From Octopus sinensis (lineage: Eukaryota): 64,000 nt of DNA. The stretch is taken from contig NC_042997.1 in the NCBI RefSeq assembly GCF_006345805.1, positions 7,068,001-7,132,000 on the forward strand. Reading direction: 5' to 3'. The notes beneath the pieces are model-generated. The model saw only the letters and a program-made list of their open reading frames with translations. It was not told the origin of the DNA and made no database searches. A program made the position numbers and the translations under genes. This document shows positions 55,593 through 64,000 of this stretch, in pieces (the stretch's first letter is position 1; every line of letters begins with the position of its first letter).

Positions 55593-56640
55593 CAATGGTG
55601 GGCACGGTTCCGCTTACAGCTAATTAGCGAAGCTAACTTTTCCTTTAGCGGATTAGCGTTTTTGCTAACTTTGGAAACCCTTAGCAGATCAATTAGCTTA
55701 GCGAACCCATTGGTTAAGCTAACTTTAAGCTAGCTAACAAAATTCATACATTTGTTCCTGTCTGTTGTGGTCGTACCTTGCAGACCATCGGGTACGCTGA
55801 CTAAGTGTATACGTGGCTAGACGTGATTGGTCGACGCAGCAGCAGGTAACTAAGCAGCATTGTGCAATTCTGCAGTTTCGACTTCTGTACACTTACGACA
55901 TTGTCATATTACAGACATTCTTACAATGTCAGTGACTGCAGTGCACTCTATCGGCTTATCACGTTATAGCTTATAGCTATGGAAGGTGAAGCCGCTTTTT
56001 TTCGGATTGAGGATGAAGAACCTATTAAGGAGTCTGCAAAAGGTGTGTTTGAGGCAGTTTTCGCTCAGGTTCAGAGCCGTGTTTCGCAGAAATCGTGGCT
56101 CTACCTGGGGGACCATTTTGTTCTTACGTTAAGGGAAAAGAGGGACGCAAAAATCTTGTGTTTCCGGTGCCTCATGTGCCAGCCCAAATTGACCACCATT
56201 AAGGGACAAGCGGCGAAGATTTATAAACTTTAAATTGCATGTCAACAGGAAGCACCCAGTGTATGGCATCCAATTTGAGCAGAGGGTTATGGCCAAATCT
56301 TTCCTTGGGAAACGCAATACTATGTTAGCAGGGCCAGCAGCCAGACGTCGCAACCATATGCAAAGAAAGCACGCCAACTAAGCATTGCTGAGGCGTTTTC
56401 CCAAACTGCTGGCGTTGGCGTCCGCCAGTCTATGGTGGATAGAAGGATCGTAGGGTTGTGGACAAAATGCTAACACTGCATGTAGTGGAGTCCCCCATCT
56501 TGATCAGCCTGTTCAAGTCACTGAACCACCGCAAGACGTCGATGTCCTATTGCATAGTGGACAGGATAATTATGGTCAGCCATAAACAGCCGTATGTGCA
56601 TCTTACAAGGTATTTACGAATTAAGATTATACAAAATCTT
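55593..56640 (+). mobile_element. hAT DNA transposon 5' end with disrupted transposase N-terminus (BED finger)
   Basis: Terminus CAATGGTGGGCACGGTTCCGCT, repeated TTAGC/GCTAA subterminal motifs, ORF 55979-56233 with SWLYLGDHF...CFRCLMCQPK and the HVNRKHP half of the finger in a shifted frame. Confidence 0.75.
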
Positions 56641-56752
56641 AAAATTATTATTATAGTGCACGTCGTATTTCCGTAAATTTAATTAATTAATTATTTATCA
56701 AATACTTATTTTCTTAAATGTCATTATTATATATATATATATATATATATAT

Positions 56753-56956
56753 ATTAATTTATTATATAGAAGGAGCTTCTACAGGACTAGTACTGTTTCA
56801 TTCAAGAGAAATCTTCAGGAAGCTTCCTGAAGATTTCTCTTGAATGAAACAGTACTAGTCCTGTAGAAGCTCCTTCTATATAATAAATTAATTTTACTCT
56901 GCTATGTATTGAGTACCTTACTTACTGTGGTTAACCCGGATCAACCCGGGACCTAC
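56753..56956 (+). mobile_element. Foldback PLE-like element: 140-bp loopless perfect palindrome plus 3' tail, between (TA)n tracts
   Basis: 56753-56822 is the exact reverse complement of 56823-56892, centred on AAGCTT. Confidence 0.9.
56821..56871 (+). ncRNA. Type I hammerhead ribozyme (mirror copy on minus strand)
   Basis: AGCTTC-CTGAAGA-TTTC(TCTT)GAAT-GAAACAG-TACTAGTC-CTGTA-GAAGCT: 6-bp stem I, 4-bp stem III ACAG/CTGT, GUA triplet. Confidence 0.8.
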
Positions 56957-57200
56957 ATATATATATATATATTATATATATATATAATATATATATATAT
57001 ATAGGGGGGGGAGAATACACACAAAAAAGGGAGACAGATGGTGTAGACAACAAACACGTACTAGTTTAACGCACGGGAAGTGAAAAAGTCGTTAACGTTT
57101 CGACCCTACGCTTTTCCACACAAAGGAACACATAAAGAAACAAGTTGAGAAAATAAATAGCGTAGTGTCTAGCGATCTATCAAGAGTGGACTATATATAT

Positions 57201-57277
<77 letters not shown>

Positions 57278-57284
57278 AGGTAGA

Positions 57285-57326
57285 TAGATAGATAGATGGA
57301 TAGATAGATAGATAGATAGATAGATT

Positions 57327-57408
<82 letters not shown>
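57285..57408. repeat. (GATA)n microsatellite
   Basis: Direct reading. Confidence 0.97.
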
Positions 57409-57409
<1 letters not shown>

Positions 57410-57998
57410 TAAGTCTCCACGGATTAAACAGCATATCAGTTATTCATCGCCCTACACACAACGCGTCACCTATCAGGGTAGTGTCACTTTTTTTCAAAAT
57501 TTTGATAACAAAGCTTTAAATTATAGGATATATTTCCATAAATTTAGAACAGCCAAGTAACAAATGTTAAACTACAATGTGTATGATTTCTTTAAACAAA
57601 ATACGTTTTCAGACACTGCGATCAAATGTCCTGCTTCTTCATACCCGATAAAATTTGTACAATCCACATGCTCACAAAACACATTGCAGCATAGAATGCG
57701 TATAAAAGTTTTGCTTGTTTTTTTTTTTGCTTTTTCAAGTAGGCCTTGACAATATTCTGCGTCAGTTTTTATATAGCGACGGTGAATTTCCTTGTTGGTT
57801 TTCAATTGCTCGACAATACTCTGCGTCAGTTTATATATATCAACGGTGAATTTCCTTGTTGGTTTTGAATTGCTGCTACCCACCTTGATTACTTTATAAT
57901 TTTCACATTGCCATTTTGTGAAATCAGCATCTGATTCCAATGACATTCTCCATAATATTGACAGGCTGAGTTGGCCTCTGCCAGCTGTGATGGAGTGA

Positions 57999-58049
57999 GC
58001 ATTACTGATGAGTATTAATATCCTATACGAAATTATGATAAGCTAATGC
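57999..58049 (+). ncRNA. Hammerhead ribozyme with one core substitution (probably inactive)
   Basis: GCATTA-CTGATGA-GTAT(TAATATCCT)ATAC-GAAA-TTATGATAA-GC-TAATGC; G at U16.1 position. Confidence 0.65.
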
Positions 58050-58206
58050 ATCATGTTCACAGTGGGGTGGCTTTTCTCCCCTGTCAATACCAAGTGACCA
58101 CGTGCTTTAATGTGGTGAGAAGTTTGCGTCACCTATTTCTAGCAGTGGCGATGTTCACTGCACGCTTGTCACTCTTAGCGATTTTAAGTTACTGCTAGCC
58201 ACCTTG

Positions 58207-58287
<81 letters not shown>

Positions 58288-60379
58288 ATTTTAAGTTTAT
58301 ATCATAACTTATATGTCTTTACATTTTAACATTTTTATTACCGATTGCTCAAGGATGTCCCCTGTAAAATGTGTGAATTAAAAATATATAATATTCATGG
58401 CATTTTAAGTTAGAGATAAGTGTTTAGTTTATTTATCTATGCCAATGGCATTTTGGAGAGATAAAAATTCATTCCTAGGAAGATCTTCGTCTCTGTAATC
58501 TTGAGCAATGAATTAAACATAAAATAACTATCAACACTGCTTGAGAAAGTAGAGCAGAATATATATCCGCTTATCGCAAAGATATCCGTTTCATAACTAT
58601 TTATGCTTCTTCTCTTCATATAAATCATCGTAATTAGATGTTTTTCTATAAGACGATAAACAGCAGTTTGAAATCAGTTTATTCTTTCACTAGCTTCTGT
58701 TATCGTAATGGCGATTCGGCATTAAATTTAAACGTTTTCATCTTTTATATCTTCCACTCTAATTATATGTTTCATCAATTATCATTCTTGGAATAACAAC
58801 TTTCAACATTTGGCATCTAAGGACAAAGTTTTATGCTGAACCAACACAATTATTTCAGTATCAATAATGGTATGAGCCCTTGATCACACCTACACACTCG
58901 TACGCACAATCATACACAGAATCATTAAAAAACATATACAAAACTCATCAAAATTTAGCTATTCCAACTTTTAGCTTTTTCTCAAGATGCCACATTTTGG
59001 GACGGAGGTCCTGATTGACGTAACATCGCAGCCATTACTGCAGTAATGTAATTTATAGAATGCTGACATATACTTTCTGAATCAATAATATTTAAAATGT
59101 TTTTTTATATATAAATTATAGGATTTCCTCCGTTGATCTGCATGATTGAGTCCAGTTTATTGGAAGCTTGCAGCAGATATTTTATAGAGTCAAACACCAT
59201 CACACAAATTTCCGTTGATGTAAATGCAAAGAGATGTATCTTCTTATAAGGCTCTTCGATATACCCTTCAGTCTATAAACATTTTTCATAACTACTTATG
59301 TAGAATCTCATCTGCAACGTATGAGATTTTATCTGCCATTTTGGAATGATCCAATGCCATAGAGAACTTTGTCAGAAGTAATATCTTTAGAAATAACACC
59401 AGAAAAAAAATTCAGCCGCATGTCTTCAGTTAATAGCTTATAGTCTATAAACTATATCTTACTTTTGACCGTGTAGCTTCTATTCAGCGTGCTTAAAACA
59501 GTATATGAATATATATGAATCTGCTTCTACAGGTTATATCCAACCGACGTGTTGAAGTTTACAATGTATATCTTATTATGCTCCTTGTGTATTTTAACAA
59601 ACTACTTACAGGCACGATACAAAATCTACACATACGCATGTATAAATGCTTCTACGTCTCATTGTTTCTAATAATTTCACACTTAAACACGGTCTGAACA
59701 GAACGTAAGCGACATGTGCTTCTCGTATGTTGAATTCCCTATCAAAGAAAATAACTTCTTGTATGTGTTTGACAACATTTGTTGTGTTTTTAATACCTGT
59801 CAGTTCAAGTTACATACATATCACTGATGCCAGTACACACCTCACACTTACTCGGACAAAGAGCATATAATTAAGCGCTCAAATTATTTGCAGGAACTAC
59901 GTTTAATAAGCTGTTCTATTCTCACTCGTTGGCCCACTAACATCGCTAGAAATCCAGAGGCAAACTTATGTTTTCACATACAGCAATGATATACTTTAAA
60001 CTTATTATGATGTTTCAAGTAGCTCTAAGTAACATTATGTTGTACCTGCAGGTGGTATCATGCACATTCACACTTAAACAAAGCCGAATCAACGTATTCG
60101 CTGCACATACCCATTTATACCTATAATTTAGTTTTTAAATTCCGAGATATCCGCATTTTCAAGTAATAGCCAATCGTTGTAAAACCATTGTTTCTCTTCT
60201 CGCAGTTGCATTTTACGTCATCTTCTAGAGAAGGCATCAATATATAAAATATTTCTCAAACATATCTACCTGAACATTTCCTTCAGCTCATACATTTCCT
60301 CGATATTTATCGAATCCTTCATTTTGCGCTCAAATGATACATATGTACAATAATATTTATGAATACAAAAATTTATTTT

Positions 60380-60389
60380 TACACACACA

Positions 60390-60470
<81 letters not shown>
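60380..60470. repeat. (CA)n microsatellite
   Basis: Direct reading. Confidence 0.97.
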
Positions 60471-61099
60471 ATACACACACATATTATAATTATTAGGAAA
60501 TATTACTTCCGAGTACACAAGAATAAGACATTCAAATTAGATGTACTAAAATAAAGATCTCAATGTTTAATTCGCATATATAAAAGTAGTTTTAGAGACA
60601 GAACTACCTTCAACTATATCAACACTGACAGATTTTATACACGACCACTCCATAAAAATGCTAAATATTAAATATTATATTAACTATATCTATTCTGAAT
60701 CCCGCATTTTCGTGTATAAGATTACGCGTTTCATCAAAGTACGTCGGTATTGATTAGATACGAGGTATCTAGTTTCCATTCTTAATCGGGTCCATATACG
60801 CCCAATCTTTCAGGTTTGGATTCCTCAAGCTTTTTCGCTACCTCTACCTCTTATATACCTCCACGGTACTCTATATCTTCAATATAATCTTCCTTAACAT
60901 ATACAAATGAATAAAGATACAAATAAAAAATTAATATAATTATAATAACTGAATATTAAAAATTTAAGGAGTAAACATTTAAAGAATAAATTGATGGATT
61001 GATATCATGTCTCTATGATATCTTGTGATATCTTTATCGCTGCTCATCACTTATTGTAATATGATGTCTTCGGAAGTAGTCCAGATGACTCAGTTTTAT

Positions 61100-61599
61100 C
61101 AGCATAACCTATTGTACCAGAACATCAAGACGTTATTCGCATAGGACAGTAAAAGTTATGTCTTCGTTTGATGTTTTGGAACCCTAAGGTTTCCGCTAGC
61201 GCATTCAAAGTAAACAAGACACAGGGCCAGATTTTAGATCATGTAGGTGTAGTTTTACCCACATTGATGTTTACACACGGCCAGTAGTTATGAGTCAAAC
61301 AACGGACTCCAGTAATTTCAAAATTAGTGTCGACCAAATAGAAAATACCGTCTACAGAGAAGTTTTGTAATCATATTCATATTATCGAAAGGAATATGAT
61401 TCATAATTTCAATAAACATATTTGTAAACAACTAAAATAAAACAGAGTAAACTACTAAAATAAAAGTACATCTAAATATTTTTGTCTTAATATTTTTTCA
61501 TGTAGAGGTCGAAGGAAGCTCAGGCTTTCGTTAGGGGTGATTCACATGACCATTCATAATATAGAGGCTGGGAGTGAATCGTCACCACATATCACCTAG
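61100..61599 (+). mobile_element. Helitron 3' remnant (PIF1-type helicase C-terminus; possible CTAG end)
   Basis: AFKVNKTQGQILDHVGVVLPTLMFTHGQ* resembles AFAMTINKSQGQTL..VG..L..PVFSHGQL; ENTVYREVL* end; weak hairpin GTGA(ATCG)TCAC then CTAG|T at 61596-61600. Confidence 0.7.
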
Positions 61600-62367
61600 T
61601 CGCAAACAAATGTTATATTGCTGCAAGAGACTGCTGTATCACTAAAAATAATGTGATTTCTCTAGATATCACGCAGTAATCTAACAAGTCCATTTACACA
61701 TTTCTCAATACATAAACAATTTTCAAGAATGCCAAAATTACTATATAGAATAAAATAAGGTGCATTTTGCCAGTCTTAAGGAGAGAAAATATTTTTTATA
61801 AATGCCGAACTTAAATCTCAGTTTATTTGAGAATGTTCGGCTCTTTAACGGATTTGTGACTCCAGTGAAAAAAAAAAAATTTTTTTTGTTTATTAACCTA
61901 GATAAAGACCCTCATGAATGCAATCATTTTAGTGAAAAAATGTCGTATACGCCGTTGTGCAATTAAAAGCGATTCATTATTATAAATATGAAAAATATGG
62001 GCTATAAAGTCATGAATTATTGTCCTCAGCATATTGTTGCTAATGACCAGCTACAGAAATAAATCAATAATATTTAGTTGATAATATTGCGATTTATTGA
62101 AATAAAATTTTATCATTTTCGTGGATTACTGCTAATTATTTCGTCACAGAAATGCATCCATTTATCTTATAATGCTAGCAACTATGACACATTAGGTGGT
62201 TTTCGATAGTGCATTTCAACACGTGACTGAAACAAAACCTTAATCTATTTCAATTCTTTTCATGTTAATGAACCTACGAGGCCTCATGTGATATTAAAAC
62301 TACTCTTCCATGTGATACATCAATATAAACTTTCAAATTTTAGAATCGGGTCAGATATTTTTAGTGA

Positions 62368-62526
62368 ATGGACTCCAGTGCTCAACTGGTACTAATTTTA
62401 TCGAGTCCGAAAGTATTGAAGGCAAATATGATCGCGGCTCAATTCGAACGTAGATCGCAAAGACGAACGAAAGGCCGCTAGCATTTCGCTAGGTGTGCTT
62501 ATCATTCTGCTAGCTCAACTCCTTAA
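62368..62526 (-). mobile_element. Degenerate SINE (family of 5488-5712)
   Basis: Minus strand GAGCTAGCAGAATGATAAGCAC...CTCGATAAAATTAGTACCAGTTGAGCACTGG. Confidence 0.65.
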
Positions 62527-62699
62527 AATGCGTGTATTTATAAGAACACATATTCCCGTCGGATCCCATTACGATCGGGAGCATTTTCGAAAAGAATTAG
62601 TTGCTTCACTTTTTACAATTAATCCTTACTAATTTGATGGTGTTGGGTTATTTTCTATCACGTCGTGTTTTTGATAAGCAGAAATTAATTTCTTTTTAC

Positions 62700-63504
62700 C
62701 AAAAATTGTCAGTTTTGCCATTAAATACAATACTGAAATAAGAAACTAACACAAACCAAACGGTACTTTTTATTGCTTAACAAGTATATTACACAAAATG
62801 TTTACTTATCTCAGAATAGAAATTTCTGTCAAACTGGAGTTTCAGCTATTCATGAAATGAATTTTCCCGTTGCTGCTTTACGTGAATAAATTGCATCTTG
62901 ACAGTCTCTTTTCAGTGACCAGCAGTAGACGGCATCATATTGGTGTTCCACCTGCTGGATACCATGTCTCCATGTACTTATGTGGAATCTTTATCGTTGC
63001 TCATCACGTATTGTCCTATGATGTCTTCGGAAGTAGTCCAGATGACTATTCGAGAAAAGCACATTTACACTCATGTTACATCCCAGTGTTCGAAAACTGG
63101 TTAATATGGTTTTCCGAAATTCCTCATAATTTGATGGCTTTCTTTTTCCCAGGAAACCAGACACAACTGTATCAAATGCACTCCATGCTTCTTTTCGTCC
63201 TGCAATAGTCACCTAATATATGGTCCTACAAACACACCAACATTAATTTTCTCCGAAGACAAAATTGGAAATTCCTGCTTAATTATTCCAAGCAATTACT
63301 GTCTCAGTGCTTAAACACTTGTTTTGTGCAATATATAGAGTGCCCAGACTTGTCCCCCGCTTTCATACTAAAGTAAGTACGGTAATCTTTCTTTACACAT
63401 TGTCTGATTTTATATAAAATATAGACGTGATAGAACAAAATAGATTTCAGAATTAGTAGAAAACATGTCTCCAACATCAGACAAATATATCCTGTTCCCC
63501 AGTG
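62700..63504 (-). mobile_element. Internally deleted Chapaev3-like DNA transposon remnant
   Basis: 5' terminus CACTGGGGAACAG (63504); YFSMKAGDK, FPILSSEKINVGVFVGPYIR, KEAWSAFDTVVSGFLGKRKPSNY..LGCNMSVNVLFSNSHLDYF, YCWSLKRD. Confidence 0.8.
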
Positions 63505-64000
63505 TTATCTAAAGCTGGCGCATGAACTTATCCAGCAATGTAATACATTTATGTGATACAAAATAAAATAAATGTATTCATGCTTCTTGGCCAGGTTATC
63601 TGGAATGTTGTTTGCTTTGATATTCCAGTTGTAGCTGCAGGAAAGTTTTAGATCTTGTCAAAAGTGTGTAATTCCACTAATCTGGAAAAATTGAGTATTC
63701 ATATTTTAATTTAGTAATTACATTATATATATTTATGTAAGTGAATCTTTATATTCATTAGTTTATTAAGTTTTCGATGCTAAATTATCTATCATGCATT
63801 TTATTCCGTTTTCCTGTAAGGTGTAATCTGGTACAAAATTTAGAATGTACCTGTTAAATTTCAAAAAATTGCATGTATTCTTTAGTAAATTGAATTTCAT
63901 TAATCTGCATCGATGATGACTTCTATTTTCTTTTTTTTTTAGATAATAACAAAAAGATCCAATAATCAAACAATATACATTACACTATCCATGAATGTAA

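Noticed and set aside
57088-57126. Minus-strand GTGTGGA...GTCGAAACGTTA hammerhead-like motif
   Set aside because: Core lacks CUGA and stem II is mismatched; only suggests a PLE-type pLTR fragment.
59105-59272. 56-codon minus-strand frame after an AG (TEGYIEEPYKK...)
   Set aside because: Short, no recognisable domain, no linked exons.

Overview
AT-rich eukaryotic, gene-poor DNA packed with microsatellites and transposon fossils. The SINE/LINE families and repeat style resemble an octopus (coleoid cephalopod) genome; this is recognition from memory, not a database result. No intact host protein-coding gene is supported, and most track ORFs are microsatellite read-through or transposon remnants. 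Recognisable elements: an internally deleted Gypsy; three or four R4/Dong-like RLE LINE pieces, one lying between two (TAA)n tracts and interrupted by a younger RTE LINE; a hAT 5' end with BED finger; two Chapaev3-like remnants; Tc1/mariner and Helitron fragments; many tRNA-derived SINEs; several decayed Penelope-like (PLE) ORF pieces. The main unexplained structure is a recurrent short element: two head-to-head inverted arms, bounded by (TA)n, with a minimal type I hammerhead ribozyme at or near the fold point. Six or seven copies occur (about 2240-2490, 9021-9286, 17707-18093, 23462-24843, 25063-25322, 55015-55240, 56753-56956). Arm identity ranges from perfect to about 75%, the cleavage triplet is usually GUA, and loop 3 is usually palindromic. 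One copy has full hammerhead topology but a non-canonical core. A further near-intact hammerhead lies in a 319-bp unit bounded by 19-bp direct repeats. All folds and alignments were done by eye.
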